64,000 bases of DNA from Corallococcus coralloides DSM 2259 (GTDB lineage: Bacteria > Myxococcota > Myxococcia > Myxococcales > Myxococcaceae), in NCBI RefSeq assembly GCF_000255295.1, contig NC_017030.1:5974328-6038327 (forward strand), read 5' to 3'. Shown in pieces: positions 1 to 9,834 of this stretch. The position numbers were made by a program, and so were the translations under genes. The notes under the pieces are model-generated. The model had not been told where the DNA came from and did not search any database. It saw nothing but the letters and a program-made list of their open reading frames with translations. How positions within the stretch are numbered: position 1 is the stretch's first letter; every line of letters begins with the position of its first letter.

Positions 1-629
1 CAGCGCGTGAAGAGCTCCCACAGCTCCGTGCGCGTCAGCGCCCCACCCTCGCGCCGGCCCTTTCGGCGCAGCGAGCCCAGCGTCTCCGGCGCGTAGTAGC
101 TCGCGCGCCAGGTGACGGCCAGGAGCGCCAGCTGCACATAGCGCAGCGCCAGCGGCCGGCCGGTGTCGCGCAGCGAGCCCTCCGCGTTGCGCTCCAGGAG
201 GTCCGGATCCGCATCCTCGCCGGTGTGCGAGTGGTGCAGCACGTTGTGCTCGAAGACCCACGCCTCTGGCAGCATCCAGTCCAGCCAGTCCACGAACCGG
301 CGGTTCCCCTTCGCGAAGCCCTTGCTGGTGCGCGACGCGGGCATGCCCGGCACGCGGTCATAGCCCCGGTGCCCCACGTGGTGCATGAGCAGCCAGCGCG
401 TGGAGCGGCCCAGGCCCAGCGCCACCGCGGAGAGCGGGTTGGGGGCGATCCACGCCGTGGCCACGCCGAACACCGACGCGACCTTCCCCCAGCGCTCCAT
501 CTTCCGCAGGTGCGCCGCGTCCGCTTCACCCAGGTTCGCGTCCAGCCGGGCGCGCAGCTCCTTCAGCTCCCGGTAGAAGCCCTCCACGTCCACGGAGGCC
601 AGGTCGAAGTCAGGGGCAGCGCGGGACAT
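1..629 (-). CDS. Membrane fatty-acid desaturase-family protein. The CDS is partial: the start codon is at 629..627 and the C-terminus runs off the window start.
   Basis: A hand translation of the minus strand from the ATG at 629 gives MSRAAPDFDLASVDVEGFYRELKELRARL... It contains histidine boxes HHVGH and HNVLHHSH, which are typical of membrane di-iron desaturases or hydroxylases. The ORF track misses it because its stop lies outside the window. Confidence 0.6.
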   Translation of the reverse strand, partial: MSRAAPDFDLASVDVEGFYRELKELRARLDANLGEADAAHLRKMERWGKVASVFGVATAWIAPNPLSAVALGLGRSTRWLLMHHVGHRGYDRVPGMPASRTSKGFAKGNRRFVDWLDWMLPEAWVFEHNVLHHSHTGEDADPDLLERNAEGSLRDTGRPLALRYVQLALLAVTWRASYYAPETLGSLRRKGRREGGALTRTELWELFTR

Positions 630-723
630 GCGAAGAAACTCCTCGGGAGCGGGACGGGGATCCCGTCCAATACGGGCCGCACCGTAGCCTCCGCCCGCGC
701 TCACGCAAAGCGTCACGTCCCGC

Positions 724-1200
724 TCACCCGCTCGCCGGGCGACGGGGCAGCACCAGCTTCGCGACCAGCACCTGCACCACGTCGCCCTTCTGGTTGCGCG
801 TCTCGCTGCGCACGGTGGCGATGCCCCGGTCCGGCCGCGTGCGCGAGGGAGTCACCTCCAGCACCTCGCTCTCCACGTGAAGGACGTCCCCCGGGCGCGT
901 CGGCCTGGGCCAGCGGATGTCCCCGCCCGCCCCCACGATGCCGCCCTTGAAGGGCAGCCCGCTCTGGACGTTGAGCTTCATGGTGATGGCGGCCGTGTGC
1001 CAGCCGCTCGCCGCCAACCCTTCGAACAGCGTGTCCTTCGCCGTGGCGTCGTCCAGATGGAAGCCCTGCGGGTCGAACTCCCGCGCGAAGGCGACAATCT
1101 GCGCCGCGTCCAGCGTGTGCGTGCCGCTGGTGAACTTCTGCCCCACGGACAGGTCGTCCAGGAACAGCTCCTGGCGCCCGCCCTCTGCCGTCGATGCCAT
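724..1200 (-). CDS. MaoC-like (R)-specific enoyl-CoA hydratase / hot-dog fold dehydratase
   Basis: The 158-aa product starts MASTAEGGRQELFLDDLSVGQKFTSG... and ends ...DVLHVESEVLEV, consistent with a MaoC hot-dog fold. It is the C-terminal reading of ORF 724..2502. The ATG at 1200..1198 was verified in the sequence. Confidence 0.8.
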   Translation of the reverse strand: MASTAEGGRQELFLDDLSVGQKFTSGTHTLDAAQIVAFAREFDPQGFHLDDATAKDTLFEGLAASGWHTAAITMKLNVQSGLPFKGGIVGAGGDIRWPRPTRPGDVLHVESEVLEVTPSRTRPDRGIATVRSETRNQKGDVVQVLVAKLVLPRRPASG

Positions 1201-1392
1201 GCCCACGTCCCTCCAGGACGGATGTCCGTACAAATTACGTCCATAATACTTCCAGGCCCGGGACGCTCGTCCAGATGCCACTGTTCTCCAGGGCAAATGG
1301 GGAGCGCCGGTAGGGCAAGCCGGACGCCGAACGTTGAACATCGCGCGCCCGCGCCGTTCGACACGCGTCGAAACAACCAGCGCCCACGGCTC

Positions 1393-2808
1393 GTGGAGTA
1401 TGAGCAGTGCGTGCTTTTCTCCCTCTTCCGCCATCACCTGTCCGTCCTCGCCCTGGTCCTGACGGGCCTGGGGGCCTCCATGGCCCACGCCGACGAGGAC
1501 CTGCCCGTGTCCTCCTCCCTGCGCTCCGAGGTCGGAGACGTGACGGTGGAGGGCGCGAACAAGACGCAGTCCTCGACGGTGCGCTCGTTCGGACAGGTGG
1601 ACGTGGGCGACCCGGTGGACAGCGAGGAACTGGAGAAGGTGGAGCGGCGCCTGTTGGCCACGGGGCTCTTCCAGGATGTCCGTGTCAGCACCGAGCCGAT
1701 GCCCGACGGGCGCGTGCGGCTGGTGCTGCGGGTGAAGGACAAGGCGTCGTGGGTGGTGGCCCCCACGGTGGCCCTGTCCTCCGCGAACACCGGCGGCGGG
1801 CTGCTCTACGCGGAGAACAACCTGGGCGGCCGCGCGAAGAAGTTCGTCGTCGCGGCGCAGGTGAGCACCGGCGAGAGCGGCCTGTACGTGGGCTTCCTGG
1901 ATCCGATCCTCTTCGGCCTGCCGCAGCTCAAGTTCAGCCTGGAGGGGCAGCTGAAGAGCGACCGCGTGGACGAGTACAGCATGGACCCCAGCGAGGACGA
2001 CCCGGAGGTCCTCCGGCGCACGCGCTTCAACTCCGCGTCCCTCAGCGCCGAGCTGGGCTTCATCCTCTTCGAGCGCGTGCGCGCGGCGGCGAAGTACCGC
2101 CTGTCGAGCATCGACGCGAAGACTCCGGACCCGAAGATGCCGGTGACGACGCCGCCCTTCTCCACCGGCCCCGCCATGCGAGACACGTCGCTGCGCCTCA
2201 TGGTGGGCCTGGACACGCGCCAGACGCTGTACGCGGTGACGGAGGGGCTCAACCTGGAGGCCTCCTACGAGGTGTCCACCCCGGATGTGTGGAGCGAGTT
2301 CGACTACCGCAAGTTCGGCCTCCTCTACCGCCACGGCATCCGCTTCTTCGAAGAGAACAACCTGGTGCTGCGCGGAGAGCTGATCCTGGGCACGGACCTG
2401 CCCTTCCAGCAGGAGCTGGTGATGGGCGGCACCACGCTTCGCGGCTTCCAGTACCGGCAGTTCCGCGGCGACAGCCGGCTCACCTTCACGGCCGAGTACC
2501 ACTTCCCCCTCTTCAAGGTGAAGTCGCTGGCCTTCCGGGGAGTGGCCTTCTCCGACACGGGCGCCGTCGCGTGGAAGGACGTGCCCGAGGATGGGATCCT
2601 GCGCGACGCCAACGGACGCGTCATCCGCAACTACCTGCGGGAGACGATCACGGGCCAGAACCCCGTCACCGTGGCCCAGGGCGTGGGCGGGGGCCTGCGG
2701 CTGTACCTCAACAACGTCGTGCTGCCCCTGCTGGGCGTGGACGTCGCCTACGCCGTCAACTCCGGCCAGGTGCGCTTCTACCTCGTGGCCGGAGTCACGC
2801 CCTCCTGA
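1393..2808 (+). CDS. Omp85/BamA-family outer-membrane protein (bacterial surface antigen D15 family), short form
   Basis: It is in frame with ORF 877..2808. GTG starts at 1393 or 1411 precede a signal peptide (LFSLFRHHLSVLALVLTGLGASMAHA). A POTRA-like region is followed by a beta-barrel ending ...VRFYLVAGVTPS. Motifs include GGTTLRGF and the C-terminal aromatic-rich strands. Confidence 0.75.
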   Translation: MEYEQCVLFSLFRHHLSVLALVLTGLGASMAHADEDLPVSSSLRSEVGDVTVEGANKTQSSTVRSFGQVDVGDPVDSEELEKVERRLLATGLFQDVRVSTEPMPDGRVRLVLRVKDKASWVVAPTVALSSANTGGGLLYAENNLGGRAKKFVVAAQVSTGESGLYVGFLDPILFGLPQLKFSLEGQLKSDRVDEYSMDPSEDDPEVLRRTRFNSASLSAELGFILFERVRAAAKYRLSSIDAKTPDPKMPVTTPPFSTGPAMRDTSLRLMVGLDTRQTLYAVTEGLNLEASYEVSTPDVWSEFDYRKFGLLYRHGIRFFEENNLVLRGELILGTDLPFQQELVMGGTTLRGFQYRQFRGDSRLTFTAEYHFPLFKVKSLAFRGVAFSDTGAVAWKDVPEDGILRDANGRVIRNYLRETITGQNPVTVAQGVGGGLRLYLNNVVLPLLGVDVAYAVNSGQVRFYLVAGVTPS

Positions 2809-2817
2809 GGCGGTCCG

Positions 2818-3780
2818 CTAGCCGGCGCGGGCAGCGCTCGCGTCCACTTCCGGCCCAGGCTCCGGAGGCAGCACCACGCCGGGCCACGCCTCCGGCGGCA
2901 GGCCCAGGCTGAACGGCGGCGACTCGCCGCGCACCGTCCACCAGAGCGCCTTGTCCGCGCACAGCGCCTGCGCGATGCGGCCGGAGGTCGTGCGGACGCG
3001 CTCCACGACGGCCTGGTGCTCCTCCGGCGTCTGCGCCTCCAGCATCGCGACCACGTTGTCCCAGACGCGCTGGCGCCAGACGATGAGCATCCGCATCACC
3101 GCCCGCTCCACCACGGGGCGGCTGAAGGGTACCCGCAAGAGCAGCCGCGTGGACGCGCACCGGTAGCGCTCCGCGAGCAGGTCCACGCACTCCGGGATGC
3201 ACGAGCGGAGGATCTCGTTCACGTGGAAGTAGTCGTGCCGGTAGCGCGCCATGCGGCGTGCATCCGCCGGCGGCGACTGGTGGGCGATGTTGTCGTAGAC
3301 GACCATTCCCAGGTCGTGGTTGATGTGGGCGCTCACACCCAGGAGCGCGTCCTGGTACGGCTGCGTGAGGCCCTGGGCCGGGTAATGCGTCGCGAAGCGC
3401 CACGCCGCGGTGGGCAGCGGCAGGTTCTTCAGCGAGTCCCGCACCGCGATGAGTGCCTCTTCCGCGAAGCGGCCCGTCAGGTGCGAAAGCCACTCGGGTT
3501 CGAGAAAGCCGCCCGCGTCCTCCCGGCTCAGCAGGTGGACGACCTTGCGCGTGACGATGGCGTAGATGTCCAGGAAGATGGCGCGTGAGTCATTGCGCGC
3601 GTTCAGCCGGGCGAGGATCTTCTCCAGCCCCTCCAACGCCTCCTCCGCGTTGACAGGATTCCAGAGCACGTCATCCAACCGGATGGGCCCCTGCGCCTCC
3701 GGGGCCTTTGTCTCGTGGAGGTGAAGCGGCTGGGGACGCTGCGACCGGTGAGCCGAGGGGGAGGCTGGTGAAACATTCAT
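2818..3780 (-). CDS. Hypothetical protein (320 aa). It is convergent with the Omp85 gene.
   Basis: A long ORF with codon usage consistent with its neighbours. I recognised no catalytic motif, and the start codon is uncertain. Confidence 0.5.
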   Translation of the reverse strand: MNVSPASPSAHRSQRPQPLHLHETKAPEAQGPIRLDDVLWNPVNAEEALEGLEKILARLNARNDSRAIFLDIYAIVTRKVVHLLSREDAGGFLEPEWLSHLTGRFAEEALIAVRDSLKNLPLPTAAWRFATHYPAQGLTQPYQDALLGVSAHINHDLGMVVYDNIAHQSPPADARRMARYRHDYFHVNEILRSCIPECVDLLAERYRCASTRLLLRVPFSRPVVERAVMRMLIVWRQRVWDNVVAMLEAQTPEEHQAVVERVRTTSGRIAQALCADKALWWTVRGESPPFSLGLPPEAWPGVVLPPEPGPEVDASAARAG

Positions 3781-3937
3781 GGAATGACGCTCCGCGGGGT
3801 GGGGGAACGACTTCGCATGAAAGCTTATCTGAACCTGTACTTCCTGTGACGCCCACCCCCCCGGAAGAAACGTGATGTTTCAACGGACCCCGCGTGTTGA
3901 CACTCACGCGGGGGCCTTTGTCACACCGATGTCAGAC

Positions 3938-5191
3938 TCAGGGCGCGGTGCCTTCACTCACGGTGCCGCCCGTCTTGCCCAGGACGTACTTCGCGAGCGC
4001 CAGGGCGTTGTTCTCATCGACGAGGGACTCGTAGGTGGGCATCTGCGTGCCGGGCTTGAAGGACTCCGGGTTGCGGATCCACTTGGCCACTTCCTCCGGA
4101 GCCTTGCCCTTGGCGCCCTGGAGCTTGGCCTCGTAGGCCTTGCCGGGGGCGTGGCAGGTCGCGCAGCCCAGGGAGCTGAACATCTTCTCCGGGTCGTTGG
4201 AGGGCTCCGCCTTGGGGCGGCCACCGGCGGGAGGCGGCACCACCGTGTCGTTGGGCTTCATGGAGCGCAGGAAGGTGTAGATGGCGGTGAGCTCCACGTC
4301 GTCCGCGTAGCGGTACTTGGGCATGGGCGCGCGCAGGATGTGGCCCGAGGGCGTCACGCCCGTGCGCATGGCGTGCTTGAACTCATCCAGCGTCCACTTG
4401 CCGATGCCGGCCGTCTCGCTGACGGTGATGTTGGGCGACAGCAGCTTGCCCTCGCCGCCCAGCGGCGTCATGTCGAACTCGAAGCCGCCGCTCAGCACGG
4501 TCTCCGGCTTCTGCATCTTCACCGCGCTGCCCTCGAAGCCCGGCGAGTGGCAGAAGACGCAGTCGTAGACGCTGGCGGACACGTAACGGCCGTACTCCAC
4601 GGAGTCCGCCGCCTTCGCGGGCACGGGCACCACTTCCGTGCGGCCCTTGTCGTTGATGCCCATGGCGAAGGAGAACACCATCCGGCCCATGGGGGTCAGC
4701 GTGGAGCGCGGCGGCTGGGACTTCTCCGGCGCGAAGTCCGGGTGGCCGGAGCGCATGAACCCGATGACCGCCGCCAGGTCCTTGTCACCCATGTTGGGGA
4801 ACGCGGGCATGGGGCGCACGTGGTGGTTCTTGTCGATGGAGTTGATCACCATGCGGGCGATCTCCTGGTCCGTCCAGGCGCCCACGCCCTTCTCCGGGTC
4901 GGAGGTGATGTTCGCGGAGTAGAACGTGCCCAGCTCTGGCGGGAAGTCGTGCATCTGCACGCCCGTGGGCTTGGTGTTGCCACCGCCCGCGTGACACTCC
5001 GCGCACACCGCGCGGAACACCTGCTCACCGCGGGCAATGCCCTCCGGCGAGCTGTCGCGCGTGATGTTGGGCAGGGCGACGTTCTCATACGTCTTGTTGA
5101 TCTTGTGGCTGGCCACGCCCATGGCGGTGCCCGCGCCAATCAGGACCAGGGCGACCAACGCACCAATGGCGATCAGGATCTTCTTCATCAT
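3938..5191 (-). CDS. Membrane-anchored tri-heme cytochrome c
   Basis: It starts at MMKKILIAIGALVALVLIGAG, an N-terminal transmembrane anchor. It has three CxxCH motifs: CAECH, CVFCH and CATCH. The length and the three-heme layout resemble the cytochrome subunits of membrane dehydrogenases. Confidence 0.8.
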   Translation of the reverse strand: MMKKILIAIGALVALVLIGAGTAMGVASHKINKTYENVALPNITRDSSPEGIARGEQVFRAVCAECHAGGGNTKPTGVQMHDFPPELGTFYSANITSDPEKGVGAWTDQEIARMVINSIDKNHHVRPMPAFPNMGDKDLAAVIGFMRSGHPDFAPEKSQPPRSTLTPMGRMVFSFAMGINDKGRTEVVPVPAKAADSVEYGRYVSASVYDCVFCHSPGFEGSAVKMQKPETVLSGGFEFDMTPLGGEGKLLSPNITVSETAGIGKWTLDEFKHAMRTGVTPSGHILRAPMPKYRYADDVELTAIYTFLRSMKPNDTVVPPPAGGRPKAEPSNDPEKMFSSLGCATCHAPGKAYEAKLQGAKGKAPEEVAKWIRNPESFKPGTQMPTYESLVDENNALALAKYVLGKTGGTVSEGTAP

Positions 5192-5290
5192 GGGGAACGC
5201 TTCTCCGGATGAACGGGGACGGCACACGGCGCTCCGTCTGCTCCACGGGAGGGAGTGGACGGAGCGCCGGCGTTGGGACGGGTGAGGCGG

Positions 5291-6421
5291 CTACTGGCCC
5301 GGCAGGCAGGTGCTGGGCGGGGGAATCTGGGGCGTCGTCGAGGGCGTCTTGCTGTACATCTGGAGGCCGGCGAACGTCACGCTGCCCGGGGCCACGGGAA
5401 GGTCCAGCGGCTGGAGCACCCACGGGCGCCCTTCCGGGTCGCTCGTGGTGGAGTCCTTCGCTTCGTAGTGGACCACCGGCGGCGGCCCCATCGGCGGCTG
5501 CGGCAGCGGCGGGTGGACGACGGCGACGAGGCCCAGGGAGCTGTTGGGCGCCGGAGGCCCCGGCGGGATGAAGAAGCCTCGCGTGGACTGGAACGGCGCC
5601 AGCGGCGGCGGCAGGACCCCCACGGGCGCCCACTCGATGTTCAGCACGCGGCCCGCGCTGGCCTCCACGGTGGTGTTCGCCGCCGGCACGCGGAAGACCG
5701 GGAAGCCCGGCCGGTACAGCCAGAACACCGTCACGCCGCCGAAGCGGCCCGGGTTGAGCAGGTCCGCCACCGTGGTGGGCGTGCCCTCGGTGGCGGTCAG
5801 GTACTTCGCGACCGCCTCCAGGATGCCCTTGTCGCTCATCTGCAGGGCCTCCAGGCCCACGCAGGCGCTGTGCGCGGGCACCACCGGCCGTACCGTCAGC
5901 GTGGGCACGTAGTTGCCCGCCGGCACGGGCTGCAGCGTCAACATCGGCGGCGGCAGCGGCATGATTCCGTTGTTGGGCAGCGTGCCCTGGGCCCCCCCCA
6001 GCGACAGCACGAAGAATGGTGCGCCCCGGCGCGTGGGCGCCTTGTCCAGGGTCCAGACGCCATTGGCGTCCGACGCCGTGACCACGCCGCCTTCCGCGAG
6101 CACCTGACCCGTGGCGCTGTCCAGCAGGGAGATGGGCGCGTTCTGCACCACCGCGCGCTGCAACAGCGGGCTGAACTCCGCGTACAGCGGCGGCAGCTGG
6201 CACTGCTCGGGCGTCGGCGCGCAGCCGGCCAGGTTGAAGAAGTAGGCCTCCGGGTCCACGGTGAAGCCGGTCAGCCGGGAGGTGAGGCCCTCCGGCTCGC
6301 GGGTTTCATACGTGGGGCGCGGCGTGAAGGTCGACGCCGCGGGGTTGTTGGAGGATTCCTGGCAGCCGGCGTTCAGCAGGGCCGCGCCGAGGAGCGATCC
6401 GAAGAAGAGAGCTCTTTGCAT
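5291..6421 (-). CDS. Lipoprotein of unknown function (376 aa), Pro-rich
   Basis: It has a signal peptide and a lipobox (LLNAGC). The product is proline-rich and has no heme motif. It sits between two cytochrome c genes on the same strand. Confidence 0.6.
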   Translation of the reverse strand: MQRALFFGSLLGAALLNAGCQESSNNPAASTFTPRPTYETREPEGLTSRLTGFTVDPEAYFFNLAGCAPTPEQCQLPPLYAEFSPLLQRAVVQNAPISLLDSATGQVLAEGGVVTASDANGVWTLDKAPTRRGAPFFVLSLGGAQGTLPNNGIMPLPPPMLTLQPVPAGNYVPTLTVRPVVPAHSACVGLEALQMSDKGILEAVAKYLTATEGTPTTVADLLNPGRFGGVTVFWLYRPGFPVFRVPAANTTVEASAGRVLNIEWAPVGVLPPPLAPFQSTRGFFIPPGPPAPNSSLGLVAVVHPPLPQPPMGPPPVVHYEAKDSTTSDPEGRPWVLQPLDLPVAPGSVTFAGLQMYSKTPSTTPQIPPPSTCLPGQ

Positions 6422-6436
6422 GGCGGATTGCTTCCC

Positions 6437-8368
6437 CTACTTCGCGGGGAGGATGTGGCTGGCGGGAAGCTGATCGCCGCCGTGGCAGGTCTGCGCGCAG
6501 TTGCCGAACCGGCTGGGCGTGCCGCGCTGGTTGAAGGCGATCTGGAAGAACTCATCCCCGTGCTGCGAGATGTGGCACGAGCCGCACAGCGACAGGCTGG
6601 GACGCTCCGTGCTCTTGCGCGTCAGGTGGCACACGGTGCAGTCCGCGCGGTTCGCCGGGTAGCTGGGCGAGTTCATGTGGATGCGGTGCACCATCTCCTG
6701 CGTGCGGCCCACCGTGTCCGTGTCGTAGTGGTGGCAGACCTTGCAGCTCTCGATGTGGTCCACCGACAGGCCGTGGCGCAGGTTGTCCAGGGACAGCACG
6801 CCGCGGTGGCAGATCTGGCAGTTGCCCACGTTGCCCGGGTACGTCGTCGACTCGTCCTGGCCCACCTGGAAGAAGAAGGGGTTCATCTTGGCGACGCGCT
6901 CACCCATGGCCGCGCGGTTGAACTTCACCAGCGCCACGTAGGTGCCCGGCTTCGCGTCCGGGGGCAGCGTGAACGTCTGGCGCGTGGGCCACTTGTAGTC
7001 GATGAGACCCGGCGTCAGCCCCGTAAGCGTGGCGTCATCCAGCACGGGGAACGGGAACGGCCGCGCGATGAACTGGGGCTTGTCGCTGGGGTTGCCCAGC
7101 ACCTGGAAGTCCTGGATGGGGCCGGCGATGGCCACGTTGGGGATGGAGTCGTTCTCCATCACGGTCGTGATGACATTGGGGACGAACGTCTGGATGCCGT
7201 TGGCCTGGCCGCCGATGATCTCCCGCGCGCTGGGCAAGAGGTCGCGCGAGTGCAGGTGCGCGCCCGCGCTGTCGCGCAGGTCCACGTAGACGCTCACGTC
7301 CTCGCCGGGCTTGTAGAAGCTGCCCTCCTTCGGAGGAGAGAACACCAGCCGCGAGTCCAGGCCCGGGCTGCACTGCACCGGGTTGCCCGCGTCGTCCGTG
7401 CAGGTGGACGGGCGATCATCCGGGATGACGTACGTGACGGGGAAGAAGAACGGCTTGTCCGGCAGCTGGCTCCAGGTGGCCTTGAGCGCGCCGGGACCCG
7501 ACAGGCGCGGCACGCGCAGCACCTTGAAGGGGTTGGTGCTGCCCACCCAGTCCACGCGCGCGACGGTGCGGGTGATGGCGCTCTGGTCCAGGCCGCCGGT
7601 GAAGCCCGTCACCGTGCCAGGGTCCTTGTCACCGGGGAAGCGCGGCGGCTTCAGGTTCTCCGACCGCCAGGAGAAGCGGCTGTGGCCGGCGTAGGGCGAG
7701 GAGGCCAGGAGCTCCGAGCGCAGGTACGTCTGGCTCGCGCGCGAGGTGCCCGTCTCGTCCAGCACCTCCACCGTGATGGTGTCGTCCTTCACCTTCTGCC
7801 AGTTCGCGTTGCCGAACTGCACCTCGCGGGTCCAGCAGTCCTCCACCGCGCCCGCGAGGCTGTAGAAGCTCCACTCGTCCGGGCCCTGGTTGACGTTGGT
7901 CCAGTCCAGGCCCGCGAACACGGACTGGTTCTTGATCCACGCCAGCGCGGCCGTCTGGTCGTTGGGGTTGTTGTGCTGGTTGACCACGGTCTCCGACACG
8001 GAGAACTGGTTCAGGAAGTACTGGGTGTCCGACAGGATCTGCAGCGTCCCCGTGGGAGGCGACAGCGTCAGCGGGTTCTGCCCGAGCGGCGTGATGCACA
8101 TGTCCGGGTAGTTCACCGGGACGTCGTTGTGCATCAACGGCACGCCGTTCTTCGCCACCATCTGCCCGTTGGGCAGGAAGGCGCAGCCGTTGATGTACTG
8201 GAGGCTCAGGCGGATCGCACCGGAGTTGAGGCCCTGGTACGGGTCGAACCGCTTGGCACCGCGACCCGTGGTGGACCCCTCGTCATCAGTGACCTTGAGG
8301 AGGTTGCAGGACAGCAGGGGCACCAGCAGGGCGCACCACGCGCTCTTCAGCAGGATTGAGCGGTTCAT
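6437..8368 (-). CDS. Multiheme c-type cytochrome lipoprotein (643 aa)
   Basis: It has a lipobox (LLVPLLSC). The N-terminal 480 aa carry no heme motif. The C-terminal 150 aa carry CQICH, CKVCH, CTVCH, CGSCH and a CX3CH-type motif (CAQTCH). Confidence 0.75.
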   Translation of the reverse strand: MNRSILLKSAWCALLVPLLSCNLLKVTDDEGSTTGRGAKRFDPYQGLNSGAIRLSLQYINGCAFLPNGQMVAKNGVPLMHNDVPVNYPDMCITPLGQNPLTLSPPTGTLQILSDTQYFLNQFSVSETVVNQHNNPNDQTAALAWIKNQSVFAGLDWTNVNQGPDEWSFYSLAGAVEDCWTREVQFGNANWQKVKDDTITVEVLDETGTSRASQTYLRSELLASSPYAGHSRFSWRSENLKPPRFPGDKDPGTVTGFTGGLDQSAITRTVARVDWVGSTNPFKVLRVPRLSGPGALKATWSQLPDKPFFFPVTYVIPDDRPSTCTDDAGNPVQCSPGLDSRLVFSPPKEGSFYKPGEDVSVYVDLRDSAGAHLHSRDLLPSAREIIGGQANGIQTFVPNVITTVMENDSIPNVAIAGPIQDFQVLGNPSDKPQFIARPFPFPVLDDATLTGLTPGLIDYKWPTRQTFTLPPDAKPGTYVALVKFNRAAMGERVAKMNPFFFQVGQDESTTYPGNVGNCQICHRGVLSLDNLRHGLSVDHIESCKVCHHYDTDTVGRTQEMVHRIHMNSPSYPANRADCTVCHLTRKSTERPSLSLCGSCHISQHGDEFFQIAFNQRGTPSRFGNCAQTCHGGDQLPASHILPAK

Positions 8369-8651
8369 GGAAGACGAGGCCGGGGGGAGTCAGGGGGAGG
8401 AAAGGGAGCAGGTATCCTCACGCGCGGGCCCACGCGACCCACCCTTCCCGACGCCGCCAACGCTCCGCCACGCGGAGACGGTGAGGCTTGGGAAGGGTTG
8501 GGAGGAGAACACCTCATCGGTTCAAACTGACCACATTATGAGAGTCCGCGCAATTCGTGGACCGCAGATCGCACGAGGGGAATGAGCCCCGCGGGCGGGT
8601 GACTCAGAGCGTCGGATGGGCGCGGCCAACGACAGCCCGGTTCTAGAGCCG

Positions 8652-9578
8652 TCAGAGGCTGAGGCCCGCGGACAGGAGCACGGCGAACACCAGCCCCAGC
8701 CCCGCGGTGCGCCCCAGGTGCGGATTGAGCGCGCCGCCGTCCTCCCGCCAGATGGCGCGGATCTGCACCGCCGCGAGCGGCAGGCCCACCAGCGTGAAGA
8801 GCCACGCGCGCGGATGCGCCGGAGACAGCGCCCAGGCGATGAGCGGCAGCGCGAACGCCCCGGCCACCGCGAGCGTGTACTCCCACTGGCCGAAGCGGCG
8901 GCCGAAGCGCACCACCAGCGTGCGCTTGCCGGCGAGCACGTCCGTCTCACGGTCGCGCAGGTTGTTCACCGCGAGGATGCCCGCGGCGATGAGCCCCATG
9001 GACAGGCCCGCGAGCACCACGTCGCCGGAGAGGCGATGGGTGAGCACCCCGTAGCTGCCGGTGACGCCCAGCAGGCCGGAGATGAGCAGCACCAGCAGGT
9101 CCCCCAGGCCCATGTAGCCCAGCGGCACGGGACCCGCCGAATAGAGGACGGCGCCCGCCAGACACACGGCGCCGCCCACGAGCACGGGCCACCCCCCCGC
9201 CTGCGTCAGGAGCAGCACCGAGAGCGCGGCGCCTGTGAAGGCCAGGGCCGCGGCGCCCGCCACTTCACGTGAGGTCAGCCAGCCCTTCTGCGTGACGCGT
9301 GCGGGCCCCAGCCGGGCCGCGGTGTCCGCGCCGCGCTCGAAGTCCGAGTAGTCGTTCACCAGGTTGCTGACGATCTGCGCCAGCATGAAGCCCACCAGGA
9401 AGGTCAGCGCCGGCACCGGCCGCCAGCCCCCTTCCACGTGGGCGAAGGCCCATCCCACCAGCGTCGGCGCGATGGACGCGGTGAGCGTCTTGGGACGCAG
9501 TGCGACCCACCAGATGCGGGCCAGCGAGGGCTTGGCTTCGACCGCGACACTCGACGACGGGAGACTCGGAGTGGCCAT
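8652..9578 (-). CDS. menA: 1,4-dihydroxy-2-naphthoate polyprenyltransferase (UbiA superfamily)
   Basis: It is a polytopic membrane protein with the MenA/UbiA Asp-rich motif NDYSDFERGAD, and a second motif around NNLRDRETD. Confidence 0.8.
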   Translation of the reverse strand: MATPSLPSSSVAVEAKPSLARIWWVALRPKTLTASIAPTLVGWAFAHVEGGWRPVPALTFLVGFMLAQIVSNLVNDYSDFERGADTAARLGPARVTQKGWLTSREVAGAAALAFTGAALSVLLLTQAGGWPVLVGGAVCLAGAVLYSAGPVPLGYMGLGDLLVLLISGLLGVTGSYGVLTHRLSGDVVLAGLSMGLIAAGILAVNNLRDRETDVLAGKRTLVVRFGRRFGQWEYTLAVAGAFALPLIAWALSPAHPRAWLFTLVGLPLAAVQIRAIWREDGGALNPHLGRTAGLGLVFAVLLSAGLSL

Positions 9579-9834
9579 GGATGTCCGGGGGAGGGCAGCA
9601 GGCGCACGGTAAAGCTACAGGCCCGCGCATCGCAAGAGGAGCCAATGATTCACATCGGTTCTCCTCATGTATCACCTGTCGCATGCCTCCACGCTCTGTC
9701 GCAGACGCAGCGTGTCGACAATGTCCGCCCGGCCTTGATGCGACACAAAGGCAGACGCCAGTCCCACCTCGGGTGAATTCGAGAACAATCAGAAATACAA
9801 GCCATCCCTGCCCATTGGATGCTAGAAGGCGGCC

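Noticed and set aside
35-529. A 164-aa minus-strand ORF at the window start
   Set aside because: It is a wrong-frame reading. Hand translation of the adjacent frame from the ATG at 629 gives a desaturase-family protein with His boxes, and that gene is missing from the ORF track because its stop is outside the window.
1407-2912. A 501-aa plus-strand ORF overlapping the Omp85 gene in another frame
   Set aside because: It is an off-frame reading of the Omp85 gene. Its product is Pro/Gly/Arg-rich low complexity. The in-frame reading gives a signal peptide and a beta-barrel.
5255-8359. A 1034-aa plus-strand ORF overlapping the lipoprotein and multiheme cytochrome genes
   Set aside because: It is antisense to two genes with clear signal peptides, lipoboxes and CxxCH motifs. 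Its product is Arg/Gly-rich low-complexity sequence, so it is a GC artefact.
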